The position numbers were made by a program, and so were the translations under genes. Of a stretch of 64,000 bases of DNA, positions 44,701 to 57,403 are shown piece by piece. Every line of letters begins with the position of its first letter. Position 1 is the stretch's first letter. A model generated the notes under the pieces. The model was not told the origin of the DNA and ran no database searches. It worked only from the letters and a program-made list of their open reading frames with translations. The stretch covers positions 680,082-744,081 of the forward strand of contig NMRA01000130.1 of the NCBI GenBank assembly GCA_002633005.1, in the 5' to 3' direction. The DNA is from Phoronis australis (lineage: Eukaryota; Animalia; Phoronida).

Positions 44701-47700
44701 TCTCCAATCTTGATTAGCCTATAGAATTTGGGACACAAATTTTCTTGATTCTGGAATTTATGACAAGGGCGATTTTAACGTACACCATGTTTTTGTCAAA
44801 TTTCATACAGTGTGCTTTCTATCTACAAAGTGGGTAATTTTGCAGTATTTCCAGTGCTTCTTGAATGAGATGCTACATATTGTTGATTTCTTGAATTTGG
44901 GGCGAGCTCCGACCTTGCGCAAAACAATTGATTTTTCACTGCCTAAATTGAATTTTTACCGTAGTAAGATAACCAACTATATCAAGAAATCATTGTATCA
45001 GAAAGATCTAAACACATACAGCATATTAATTAATTCCTTCTATTGGTCTAACTTGTTATGTTTCATATTTCAATTAAAAAAGAAATAGCTTCTCATCTGA
45101 GTGAACTGTGCCCCTCGCCACAACAAAAACGAATGTTAGGAAAGTTACACCTCCTTGTTATTGCTAATAATTTGCATTTGTTTTTCTTTTTTAGTCTTTC
45201 AAACTTGAAAAATGTGTCAGAGCGCTTTTGCCTAAAATTGATATCCTGCTAACTGCTTTTTACCATCTAGATCCATGCGCTCATTACGGGACCCTTTGAC
45301 ACTCCATATGAAGGTGGTTTCTTTTACTTCTGCATTCGTTGCCCACCAGACTATCCCATAAAACCTCCACGGGTGAAACTGATGACCACGGGCGATGGAC
45401 GGGTGCGGTTCAACCCAAATCTTTATAAAAACGGCAAAGTTTGCCTAAGTATACTGGGGTAAGTACATCAAGTGGTTTCAGTCTTCAAAGTTAGCCTGTT
45501 TACATCAAAAACATGGAATTCATTTTGAAGCCTAGTTAATACGTTAGCATTCATAATTTAACAGGATCACTGTAACAGTGAGTTTAAGACACGTTATGGT
45601 GGACAAGTGAAATTCTATTTCATCAAATTTTACTTTAAAAATGTCTTTTGGGGGAGTACATTGTACAGTCACTGAATGTTATTTGTCTTAAAATTTTCAG
45701 CATTCGCAGCAATGTAGTGTGTCTCTAGAAAACAGAAAATTTGCAATTTTAGTAATTCTCCCAAATCAAAGCATTCACCTCATACCACTGACTGTACTGT
45801 AGACAAATAGATTTTTTTGAGTGCTTCCTTCATTAAATATTTCAGGGGGAATGGGAAATCTATTTTACACCTTATGGTGGCTGTAAACTCATGTTCTATC
45901 CAAGAAGTGAACTTTTTGATTTGGACTACTCACACTCGCTGGACTGCTATTAATTTGGTCTCGACTTGCTCCTTGTTGCGATAAGAATTAATTTCTGGGC
46001 TTGCCAAGAACTGACCATTCGTTATTCCTCGAGACCATTTTTGGCGCATAAAACGCTGCGCCTTGACAAACGAACTTGTATTTTAACCCGATTTCAAGCT
46101 ATAACGAGCTGCCTGTTCATCAAGGCCCTGATATCACCTCCAACCTGAGTATGGAGCAATTTGAGACCAAGTGGCCTGATCAACAGTTGTTTTTTGTGAT
46201 AGAATGCGGGGACTTTGATAATTAATTGCTGTTTCTGCCGTCAATTACGTGTTGCTTTTATGTATTCTGTTTGGATCAGACCAGCTAGGGTCAGGATCTA
46301 ATCATTTTGCTCGAAATCAGACTCAAAATTTTTTCTAACATTTTTCGTTCAGGGCATTAAATGCTACTTTGGTTGAAGTCGAGATAAATGTCAATTATTC
46401 TGTGCTTGAGTACATAATGGTTGGTTTGCATGGATGACTGTGTAATACTATTTTTCTCTTAATGACCCCAGCACTAGAGCTATAAGTTTGAGTCTGTTCT
46501 TGAGTAAAAACTTGTGTTTATTGCATGGATCTAGGGGTCATGAAGTACGAATTTTGACTTCTGTGGTTTGTGTAATCTATAATGTACTCGAGCAGAGAGT
46601 AGTGGATAATTTAACTTGAGCCAATATTAAAGGGAAACAAAAAATGAATATATTTTTAATTCGATTTTGAGTAAGGTTAGATTCTGGCCCCTGGGGTGAT
46701 TTCCGTAGATGCGAGATATTCGCGAAAAAGCAAGGCGGCGCAAGACTATGCCAAGTGAACGTGTTTCACAAGCAGACGTTAGAAAAATGTCAGCCACTGA
46801 AGTGATTGGTCGGTGAGGTTAGAATGTTGAATTATGGGATAGATTACTGTTTCCATTCTACAAGCGAAGATTTCTCACCCGCAAGTGCTTTGCAAGTGCC
46901 TTGCATCTGCGGAATGCAGTCCAGTTTCAACAGATTCTGTTACATGTGTGTTTCACTACGGCATCCAACTGTGAATGCCCTGCATGTCATACGTGAATTT
47001 CAATTCAATAATTTTGAAGCATGTAGGGGCACGCCCTTATATGGAGATCACTCCTTTCTTACTCATTCTTGTGCGTTCACATGCAGACTTCTCCTTTCAG
47101 CACATGGTCCGGCCCAGCTTGGACTCCAGCATTGTGTTTATCGAGTGTTCTCATTTCAATACAATCTCTAATGAATGAAAAACCGTACCACAATGAACCA
47201 GGGTACACTCAGGTAAGAAAATATCAACTCCCTCAAGTTAGTGGAAAGTGACAACTGATCATTGATCGTCTGGTTTTGGTAAAACGTCACCATTTTTGGA
47301 CAAAAATTGATCTTTCTTTAATTTTGAAAGGCTTCTGACAGTTGTGATTACCATAAGTTCTAAAAACATTGTCTTATGGTAGGTAGGGTATAGAACACAT
47401 TCATCTGGTGCTACTCATTTTCATGGAAAAAATGGAAAAACAAAGTTTCACTTATCAGCCGTATTGGTGAGATTTTTTTATCAATTTGAAATTGTCCAGC
47501 CATTAAACTGCAACAAACCATTTTTGTCCAGTTGCCAAACTGACACTGGGAGTGATCAAACAATTCACGGACGATGAAATTCAATTTGCAATAACATTAC
47601 CTGTTGTGCTCGTTATGTGCGTTCTCTTCACAATGGTAGCCTTATATCTGTCAGTTTTTTAATAGTACTTTAATATAAAGAACAATGGTTTTGAACAGTT

Positions 47701-50700
47701 TAATTGTGATGCGAATTCCATTTAATTAACTTTGATGCAGATTTGTGGCAGTTCTAGTTTTGATTATAAATTTTATCTAAAAAGATGGTGAACACATGAT
47801 CTCTGTAATTTTCCATGTCAATAATTATTTATCATTTTATAAACCTGCTTTCCATTCAAAAACTTTTTATATTGACCACTTGCCAATGTAAAATTGTGAT
47901 TTTGCGAAGAACTCATAGTTGGTTGTTCCGTGAGACTATAGTCTCTACATAAAGTGACATGCTATCAGCTTGTACACTACAACTTACTGTCAGTTCTTTT
48001 GAATCCCTCAGATCATCTCCAAATTGTCAAAAGAACAATTTGAGACCAATTTCCTTTACAGTAATAGATCCAAATCAAAAGTTTTTCATTGATGGAAGCC
48101 AGGGGTCCATTTCATGAAAGTGACTTAAGACAAAAAGTTGGTCTTGTGCTCCAGGCGCTTCACAATTGCTAAAGATTTAGCGAAGCAATTATGAGTGCAT
48201 TGCAGTCGATAAATAATTTACAGAGATCCTCGCAGTACCTCGTAGTTATGTGTATATTCTCAGAGACTGCCCTTTAGTACAAATGAGATTTAATTATTTT
48301 TCAAAATAAGTTATATGAAGAATAAGACCAGATTTCGGGCTAAAGTCTTAGTCACTCATGTCGTGAACATTCCTTTAAATCAGAATATTAGACCAGGACC
48401 AGTTTTATCCACATTCTGTCCACATTCTATGTGGAGTTAGTGATGCAGTTAATTATAATATTTGCCATGGTGGAAACTACTTTCCAGTGAATAGCTCAAG
48501 GCTTAGGTTTTTGTTGACAAAATTGCTCTTACCAATCTTGAAAATTCAAGAACCCACGCAGTCTTAATTTTTACTCCTCCATTCTGATTTTATAGTTTTC
48601 ATGTCCCTAAAAGAAAATGAAAAATGGGGCCTGGTTGCATTCAAGCCTTCTATTTAGATGTGATTTAATAAACAATAATTACCCTCACCATGTGACCTGG
48701 TGAATAGAGTCACTCTAGTGGAAACTATCCCCCTGTTGTGGATGGAATGTCCGATAGAACTGGTCCAGCTGACCACAGTGACATTGGTGAAATTCAAAAG
48801 ATTTCTCCAAATTGATCTTTATCTTGTTGAAAAGGGAATGTTTACAGCATGCTTTTCATGAAATACATGCCTGGTTTATAAACACTTTTGGTGGTGAATT
48901 TGACCTCTTTCTGAAATTGATCATGACTTGTCTTTTATGAAGGTTTGAGGGCTTGGAGGGTTTGAAAAATCAACAATACACTATTTACTTGATGAATTCA
49001 GTAAGCTGGGTTGGGTAGGTTATAACGTTTATGTGCCAAGAGGGATAGGATGTCCAATTAGTTGGGGAATTGGCTGATGACCTGACTGAACAGCAGATAC
49101 CACCATGTTATCCGGGTGAAGGATTATAGATGGCGCTGCACATCAGCCATCGATATGTAATTGCGTTGCATTGTTAAATTTTAACACACGGATTGTAGGA
49201 GAGAACCCCTGGTGATGCCAAGAGATACAATGAAATTATTCAACATGAAACGTTGCGAGTCGCGGTCTGTGATATGTTGGAAGGTTCAACGTGCCCTAGT
49301 ACATTAAGGTAAACTTTGTTTGTTGTCTATGCATAATTAACCTATCGCAACCTTCGCTCTCTTGTGAAGTGTTGACAAACAAACAATAAGTTTTACCCAG
49401 CAACGTGTTGTTTGTAAAATGGTGGCTTGGAAATGTAGGTGTGTCAAGAATGCTGTGTTCTGATTGGTCAGTTAAGCCGTCACTCAAAATCCTAGCGATG
49501 GGTCAATTGGAAACGCCTCTTATCCCTTTACTTAATTATGTTGATGCCATGAACTGACGTGCTTAATCTAGAATGCCTAATTAATGACTGACTGAGCAGA
49601 ACCAGTTCTACAATTTCGGAGCCCAATGCAGATCTGACTTTTAAGGCCTTTTCTCTGCAGATTGTTGTCATTTCTTCTTGGTTCCCTCACGGTTTGTAAA
49701 CAAGTGAAAAAGGCATGACTACACAAGCGCCTCCTTGGATTTATTTCTTAAGAAAGTGCCTACTGTAGTCATATTTACGAACATTTTTGTTCGCTTCACT
49801 CTACAGTCTTACCAGCTACTTTGCCTGTGAATTTTTTGTTCTCAACTATTATGATTGGGAGGTCCATTTTCACTGTTACACAATTAATTTGTAAACACTT
49901 GATGCTAAAGTGGGCTGATTTACTGCCTAGGGCAATGATCGTCATGATGGACCTAGTGCAGGTAAAAATTCAAGCGGAAACCCAGTTAAATGCGAACTGA
50001 AGTGCAAGTTTCAATAACCCCATTTCCTGTCCACACAATAGAGAGCTACGGTAAAATATCAGCAACTTCGGACAAAAATAATTGCCAACCAGGCATTTTT
50101 TCCTTTTTCAAAAGCTTCTAATATTCTTTTGAATGTCTACAATTTCTCAGAAACATTGTCTGAATGTAGCTTTAGCTGTCTTTATTAAAAAATGAAAATT
50201 AACATAAAATTTCACTTGTCGGCCATATTGTGTCCTCAATTGGTGAGATTCTACCATATATTGCTTGGCTACCAGCAGCCAACAGGCGAATATAGTTTCA
50301 TAACATAATGAGATGTCATAAAGGATTACATAGGTGACCAAACAGCTCAAGCAGCTCAGTGGACTGAATTCAGTGGACTATTGTGTTTGCATTAGCAAAC
50401 TCTCAACCATAGAATGTTTATCATGGGACGGTCAATTTTTACCTGGACTGGGTTCCTTATGAACGGTTTGAAAAAGGTAACTCACCATATTTAAGAACCA
50501 ATAAAAGTTCCATCTCAATGTATTGATGAAAACCTTAGCTTTGGGTGTTGCGGCATGGGACGAAAATGATTTAATGCATAATTTGTATGATATTTGCAGA
50601 GTAAATCTGCCCTTCTGTCTACTTGTCTGTCTGTCTATCTTGTAACTTTTGATGTTGGTGAGTATACTCAAGATGGGTTGCAATTATAACTGTTTATATC

Positions 50701-51049
50701 ACCGGGCCTAACAGTGTGTGCCTGCCCACAAATCGATGACATCATAGTCACATAGTTATCACTCGCAAGTAATCAAGACTGTTTATGAAGTCGGTTTCAT
50801 TTGCTCTTGTTTGCTTCTGTTCGTTTTAGAGAGGTCATGGAGAAATCTTTCCCAGACTACTACGATTACTACATTTCCACATGTGAGAGTCACGCCCATT
50901 TAAATGGACTGCCCATGCAAGATCCATTTGGGGAGAGACGGGGACGTTTTGACTTTGAAAGCATAGCACAGAGGCTGCATGCCTTGCAGGCCAAACTGAA
51001 AGTTGAAGAAGAGGAGTTATCAGACACATTAAGCGACGATGGTGCATAA
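41757..51049 (+). CDS. UBE2Z: Ubiquitin-conjugating enzyme E2 Z (USE1), 6 exons
   Basis: Exons 41757-41941, 43660-43732, 45271-45458, 47101-47212, 49199-49308, 50830-51049 join in frame with GT-AG sites. Protein has WDP..W....[50 protein letters not shown] (catalytic Cys), [18 protein letters not shown] and [10 protein letters not shown]. Confidence 0.93.
42981..43245. mobile_element. MITE-like element in UBE2Z intron 1 (partial relative at about 57488-57572)
   Basis: Termini GGGTAGAGATCTGTAACGC ... GCATTACTGAACTCTGCCC; inner AGATTACGTGAGATA/TATCTCACGTAATCT; repeated GAGGTCCTAGCG..TACTGAAC also seen near 57546. Confidence 0.55.
48390..48780. mobile_element. MITE family B copy in UBE2Z intron 4
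   Basis: Termini GGACCAGTTTTATCCACATTC ... GAATGTCCGATAGAACTGGTCC; the whole element is an inverted homologue of 53330-53745. Confidence 0.6.
49335..49508. mobile_element. MITE family A copy in UBE2Z intron 5
   Basis: Ends AATTAACCTATCGC ... GCGATGGGTCAATT; homologous to 37058-37227. Confidence 0.6.
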
Positions 51050-51924
51050 CGTCACTTGCATTATGCTTGTTGGAGTCTTGAGTGCTGAGTTTCTCCTGTA
51101 ACCAGGGATTAGCCTCAGCTAGTTTTAGTACTTCAGTTTCACGGCACTTTGTACTTCATCAAAAGATTTGTACAAGAACTGCTGTCGACTCGAAGCCTGT
51201 TTATGATCAAGGGAACTGATCTAAGTTCCTGCTGTGTGGAGGTCAATTACCACGTTGGCCGGCAAAAACTTCTCGGCAAAAGAATACTGGCTAACATAAA
51301 AATGGGGATTTTTCAAACTGTTTGGCTGCTGAGCTTGAATATCTCGTAAAAATTTATGTTGGTATGATTTTTACCCAAAGAAATATCGTGGCAAAATGGA
51401 TGTGTTAGGTTTTAGTAATGCTTTGGACCAGGATACTTGGTCTGCAAGTCCTGATGCTGGACAAACTTCATGATGGTAACGCGTGACAATGATCTGAACT
51501 AGCCTCGATTTAGAAATCGCTGTTATCTGGAGTTGAAACCAAATGGGAGTTTTGTTGTATTGTGTTCGTCCTGATCCCTAAGTGGCAGTTAACATGCATC
51601 TCGGATGTCCACCGTGGCTATTTTTTTGGGGAAATTTGACGTCCCAGTTACTAACTGAGCAAGGCACAACACCATGTTCCCAATAGTGGCTAAGCAACTC
51701 ACAAAGTACTCTCCTTTTTTCCCAGAAGCGGACTTGGCTATGGGTTCTCTGGCAACTGGATACTTTTAACAGTGAAATGTATTCTTCGCTGTATGTACTC
51801 TGAAGGGGAATGATTATCATATGGAATGTTTTTAGGTTTGCTGGTCATTCAGTGCAAGTTGATATTGTATTTCCAACATATTAAACACATTTTCAGGAGT
51901 CTTGAAATGTATGCATACACACTG

Positions 51925-52744
51925 CATGCCAAGAATGATGACACTTGGCTTAAATTCAAGTCCAACTGCTGTTTGGTAATTTGCCCATTACGTTGCACAC
52001 CAAGCAGAATTTATGATATACATATTATGGCAATGTTTTGCGAAAATTTTAGGTTGTAAAAGTCAGATTTCTTGTCCATTTTTCAAAGTTCAAAAACCTA
52101 AGCATGTGTAGTTTTCAGGAACTGTTCAACTATGCTGTTTAGAAAAAAAATTTCAAAATGAAAATTTCAAAATACTTTTGTTGCCCCCAGTGTGTTTACT
52201 ATGGGTCTAATTATCTAGTGAGCGATAACATCAACAGTTTGTGGTGTCCAGAGACAATGTAATTGCCTACAAGTGCTTAGTGTCTGTTGAGTTGCCCAAT
52301 CTCGACTGTTGAGGGTGTCAACTTAGCATAAAAAGCATCGTTGACACTCTGACTGGTCAGGATTGGGGAACTCGACCAGTTTGCCAACCTGGGAACCTGC
52401 TGCATTGATCAAAGACACCATGCTGTTGTAGTATCGCCTCGGGCTGCTGATGTTTTGGTTTTCTAGATAATCAGACCCATCGTAAACACACTGGGGGGGA
52501 GGGGAGAATAGTATTTTACAAGTTTGTAAATAGCATGTTTAAAAAGTTAAAGTGAAAAGTACACATGGTTAGGTTTTTAAATTTTGAAAATTGGGCAAGA
52601 AATTTGACCTAAAATGTTTGTTTAATGTTGCAATGTGTTCCTCATTAATTCTGCTGGGTGTGTAACATAATTGGGCCAATTACCAAACCACCAAGCAGCA
52701 GTTGGATTTTGAGGTTAGCCAAGTGTCATACAATTCTTGGCATG
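51925..52744. repeat. Long imperfect inverted repeat (arms about 290 bp) downstream of the UBE2Z stop
   Basis: Left arm 51925-52218, right arm 52463-52744; e.g. CCCCCAGTGTGTTTAC/GTAAACACACTGGGGG, ATGACACTTGGCT/AGCCAAGTGTCAT, TCCAACTGCTG/CAGCAGTTGGA, CATGCCAAGAAT/ATTCTTGGCATG. Confidence 0.85.
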
Positions 52745-53329
52745 AGGATTCTTTTCATGGTTGATGTTCAATATCATACTTAAAGGGATTCTAAACCCTG
52801 TTTGATGAATTCCCTGCTAATGTACCATATCGGTTAATTTGATATATTTTACTTCCTAAGAAAGGAGTTTTGAAACTTTTGTGCCAATGTCAATCAAAAC
52901 TAATGATGCTGTAAACATCCCCTTTAAAATGATGCTAAACCCTGTTTTCAACCAATCCTCGTTCTGTCACCTGCTAATGCATCATTGATGGCCTCAATCT
53001 TCTGCAAGAATCAACCAAGAACTTCTAACACCCTATGTCACAGATTGGACATTATGGTCGTTGGTGAGTGGTCTTTTTCCACAATAGCTGTGTAATTGGC
53101 TAAAAGCCTTAGCTACCCTTGCCCGTTTAGCAGATTTTGGAAAGAATTTTCGAATCTTCCTCCAAACTTTTGAGGGTTGTTGAGGGTTACAGAGCACGAT
53201 TATTTTGTTTCAGAGAACTTGATGATAAGGTAATTTTTAGTATCCGGTAATAGGCCAAAACCCCGTTTGGCATTAAACGAGATAAGGATCGCTTTGGAGA
53301 AATCTTTAGTGGATTTCTCTAATGTCATG

Positions 53330-53745
53330 TGGTGAGCTGGACCAGTTCTATCCACATTCCATTCACAACGGGGCAGGGAGGGGGGTTGTAGTTTAATAGA
53401 ATGATTTATTCACAAAGTCACATAGTGGGGGTAATTACTGTTTCTTATCACGTCATAGAAGGTTTGAAAGCATACATATAGGCTCTATGTCCATTTTCTT
53501 TTTGGGACTTGAAAACCGATGGAAATCGTGTAATCTGAATAGAGGAGTAAACATTAGATTATACCTGTGGGTTCTTGAATTTTCAAAGATTGGTCAAGTA
53601 ATCCATAGTGTTTTCGTCAAAAAAAAAAAAGCCAAGAGCTATATTCATTAGAAGTAGTTTACAGCATGGCCAATAATCTAATTAACTGTATCACTAACTC
53701 ACTACAGAAGCTGAACGAATGTGGATAAAATGGGCGGTGGTCTAG
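53330..53745. mobile_element. MITE family B copy, opposite orientation
   Basis: GCTGGACCAGTTCTATCCACATTCC ... GAATGTGGATAAAA; internal TGGGTTCTTGAATTTTCAA and TTAACTGTATCACTAACTC match the reverse complement of 48390-48780. Confidence 0.6.
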
Positions 53746-54779
53746 CTGACGGAATCTTCTATTAACTGGAATGTTCAGGGACATGCATGTAGTATATAAT
53801 TCTAGTGTTTTGGCCAGTTTAGCCTGAGACCCTAAAATGAGAAAATAGCATTTGTGTGGTTTAATGATTTGGGGAGCGCTTGTCCATAATGGTATTCAGT
53901 AGTTTGTAATTGTTTTGAATTCGCTATTTTAGTAGATGCCTTGGTCCGTTTTACCCAGATTTGTAAGTCCCGCCATTTTGAAAATAATTCCCTTCAGGTC
54001 AAAATTTTGCAGTATACTGGTACCCTTCTGGAAATATGAAAAACCTGGCTGGTTAACAGTGGCTGATTCAGAGGGGGGACCATGCCTCCCCGGCTAAAAT
54101 TGTCCCAAATTACATTTGGCTGGCAGTTCGGGGTTGCGAATAGCTAACTGGCGAAATCCTGGCCATTACTCTACCCTGGCCTCCTCTAACTCAAAATTTT
54201 GGACGCGCCCGTGGTTAAGAACGTGTTCATGGGCATCCACCAGTGACCTCTAAATTTTTCAGTGCTGCGCCTCCCATATGGTCTATGGCAATTCCTGCTT
54301 ATCAATAGTTTTGACCTGAAGACTTGTCACATGCAGAAAGTAAAATATACCAACTTTATCAAAAGGGAACGTTCCTCGACCTTAAAACTGTCGGAAATGA
54401 GACAACGAAGTTACTTGAGCCGAGTTGCTTATCGAACAAGGCCCCGGCGGCTGTACATAGAATCGCGATTTTTTACCCGGCATGTATACATGCATTCTCC
54501 TAGTAACAATAATCGCGGGAAATATGATCTGTGATCGGTGTCTTCAGAAAGCCGTAAGATCGTTCATTGAAAATTTTCCATGGAGATTTGATAAAATTTT
54601 TGTTTAGTTTCAATTTTGCAGTATACACCTCGGGCGCACCCGGGGGAGCTTGGAGGGCTCGAACGACTCCCTGAATTTGGCGAATTGGGCAAAAAGGTGC
54701 GCCTCGGTGAAAAAAAGTCCGAGTTGATTTTGTTCTAAGATTAAATCGGGTTGTGCAGTTTCGTAAATTTAAAGTTTCT

Positions 54780-55310
54780 GAATTTCGCACCACAAAGTTT
54801 TCACAGAACCACACGAACATATGGTTAAAAGTTTCCACAGCTCCACAAGAGGCACACTTGTCACCACTTACTAAGTTCATCTTTTTCAAGTTAAGTTTTG
54901 TAAACACTTTTCTATGAATGTAGAAATATTTAAAGGTTTTAACATAAGGAGGTAACAAGAGTTTGTGTGGAAGAACATAAATTTGTCTAATTCGTTGTCT
55001 AGAGTAAATATTAGTTAAGCTGTACTCTATATCAGGAGGCGAAATAATTTTGGAAAGCAAAATATTTCTAGAAAACACATTAGTAATTTGGCTTGACTGG
55101 GGATGTATACATTTTGAAATCGAATGATAGCTTTCAACTTAATCGCACGTCTTAAAGCAGCATAATGTATCTAGTTTGAAAGATTATCTATTTTTTTAAA
55201 CCTCCCATGTCAGAAATTTATTTTCAAAATTCAAAAGATCCTTCACAAAAATAATACCAGCCTCAAAGAAACTATTAAAGAATGCAGCACTACAAATTGA
55301 TCAAACATTT
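54780..55310 (-). mobile_element. Degenerate non-LTR retrotransposon (Tx1/L1-like) ORF2 3' fragment
   Basis: Minus-strand translation has YIHRKVFTKLNLKKMNLVSGDKCASCGAVETFNHMFVWFC (zf-RVT-type CxxC..ETxxH...C knuckle) and, upstream, FFEAGIIFVKDLL; interrupted by stops. Confidence 0.65.
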
Positions 55311-55536
55311 CACTACTTCACAATAAAAAGAACCTTGTCGGGACAGCGCACTGAGGGGTCTGGGGTGGTTTATAGCACCCACTTATTTCAGTGCTGCGCT
55401 GCCCAAATTCATGAAAGCTATTACTGGTTACTAAATTGGCCCCTTGTTGCCACCTAAGCCAGGTTAGTATGCTAGTCACGAAACTTTGCTAAGTTTAGTT
55501 ACTGGACCTTAGTTGCCCTGTAAAGTCCTACAGCTA

Positions 55537-56073
55537 GGGGTTTTCCGTAGATAAGCCCATCCATGGGCGTTAATTCGGAAAATTATGCCGAATAAACGCC
55601 AATGGGCGTTTGGTATTACATCTTCTGGTGTCAAGTGTCCAGATAGTGGGGCGTTTATTCGGAAAATTTCCTCTTAAAAGCTTACTAAGCGTCAACTTTT
55701 AGTCACAAATTCAGTTTTGTGGAGCATTTATCATATATATAATAAAGAGCAAAGCAGGGGCGGATCCAAGATTTTGAGTTGGGAGGTAGGGCAGAATATT
55801 AGCCAGGATTTTGCCCGTCAGACATTCGTAGCCCCAAACTGCCTAATAGAATCTGGGATGATTTTTTTTGGGGGTATGGCCCTTCCCGGCTCTGAATCCA
55901 CCACTACAAAGACAAGTGCTGACAACTATGCCTTTATTAACATAAAAAATGTCAGTCAGGAAACCCATGATTTTCCGTTTGCATGCCCGGGCGTTTATTC
56001 GGTGCTATTCTGTAAAACTTCTGGAAATTTTCATTTTCCGAATACAAGCTCATGGGCCTATCCGCGGAAATCC
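55537..56073. mobile_element. TIR element containing a nested GGCGGATCC-type MITE (about 55756-55903)
   Basis: Outer ends GGGTTTTCCGTAGATAAGCCCAT ... ATGGGCCTATCCGCGGAAATCCC with internal GGGCGTTTATTCGG repeats; inner element CAGGGGCGGATCCA ... TGAATCCACCACT. Confidence 0.5.
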
Positions 56074-56814
56074 CGGTATGACATCTTTTCATGTCAGTTT
56101 GCGTCATTTGGTGTGTTCTTACAATGTACTTTCGGCAAGAATCTGACTCTCGTCTTTTTCGAGAACAGTTGGATTTCTGTTGTCTTTGCCATGATGGGCA
56201 TTTTTTGTGTCTGAAGAATGTCTAGGGATCTTTTTGGGATTCTCCAATGTGGAATTCAAAACAGTAACAAAAGTAGAAAGAACCCGATTACGCCGCCCTG
56301 TTATACCTCGACGACGCGGCTGTACCTCGTCTTACAATTATTAAAAGGTTGTGGGACTGAAATTTAGAAATCAGTCATTGAGAATGTAATAAATTACAGA
56401 TGTAACGTCTTGTACCAATGACTGAGTGTTAGAATGGTTTTATGCACCTAGGAATCTGGCAACGGACATTGAGGCATGAGCTTGCAGTGTGGGCGCCATG
56501 CAGCTGTATGAATATTCATTTGGTTTGACCCAGAGAACCACTGGAGAAAAGCTCAAAGTGTAGGTATTGCAAACAGATAACTTTAAAGACAGACTACCCG
56601 CTTCATGTTTGCTACTGAGGAACCTTCATTAAAACGCCGGATATCTCAAGGGAGCTCTGTCGATTTTGATACCCCAAATTGGGTCCACGAAGAACCTGAG
56701 TTTGTTAGTTAGAGACTCAAAGAAAGGCTATTTAGACATGACGACGAATATGTTGAAAATTAATTGAATTTAAAAAAGGTTGTTTCGCTCATTTCTTTTC
56801 GGTGTGCTGCACCA

Positions 56815-56880
56815 TCACAAAATGGCTACCGATAGATGAGAGACAACTGCCGGACTGTAGTTGAACATGCGCAGTCCGAC
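56815..56880 (+). promoter_or_regulatory. Putative housekeeping-type promoter upstream of the 56913 exon
   Basis: YY1-like AAAATGGCT, an ACTACA-type element on the minus strand (ggactgtagtt) and NRF1-like CATGCGCA within 100 bp of the ATG. Confidence 0.4.
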
Positions 56881-56912
56881 TTTACAAATCAATTGGGTCA
56901 GTGAAGTTCAAC

Positions 56913-57094
56913 ATGGCAGGCTTTCGGAGGAAGAGAGGTCGTCCTCCGTTGGATAGGACTAGTAGGATTAAGCGTTCACGAAATGAATATTACCGCCGTA
57001 AAGTTTTAATTGGAGACCAGTTAGAGCGCTGGAATGATCTGCGATCCCAGATGGGTATTACACATCCACAGTTAGCAAAGATTTTGCTAGATAG
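56913..57094 (+). CDS. First coding exon: AT-hook plus ZNF692/ZNF653-like N-terminal motif; downstream exons not identified
   Basis: aacATGg start; MAGFRRKRGRPPL (RGRP AT-hook) then KVLIGDQLERWNDLRSQMGITHPQLAKILLD, resembling from recall the N-termini of ZNF692 (RLGGHMEQW..L....G...HSQLAKFLLDR) and ZNF653; ends at a strong phase-2 donor AG|GTAAGT. Confidence 0.65.
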
Positions 57095-57168
57095 GTAAGT
57101 CTGCAGACCATGGCATAGTCATAAATGTCGATGCTGCAGACGCTCCAGAACCGCTAACTTCGTGTTTC

Positions 57169-57403
57169 TATGCGCGCACCCAGCCTTCAAGATGGGGGGG
57201 GGGGCTCGAATTCTTTACGTTGTGGACCTTTTGGTATCAAAATAGCCAGCGGACTAAAAAAAAAAAACGGGCCCACCACTGTGAATTGCGCGTTTGTGCT
57301 TGTTTAGTGGACTTTTGTCTCATTTTCTCAGACTTGTTGTTTCTTGCACGCGAACGTTTTTGCCCACTTCGCCAAAGCCCGAGCCCCCCCTGGGTGCGCG
57401 CAT
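57169..57403. mobile_element. MITE-like element
   Basis: Inverted termini ATGCGCGCACCCAG ... CTGGGTGCGCGCAT with G-run/C-run subtermini. Confidence 0.6.

Noticed and set aside
53000-53130. Possible CR1/L2 3'-end remnant (GEWSFSTIA-like peptide)
   Set aside because: Too degenerate to support by eye.
54500-55078. 192-aa minus-strand ORF as a host gene
   Set aside because: It is a LINE ORF2 zinc-knuckle fragment read through into unrelated sequence.
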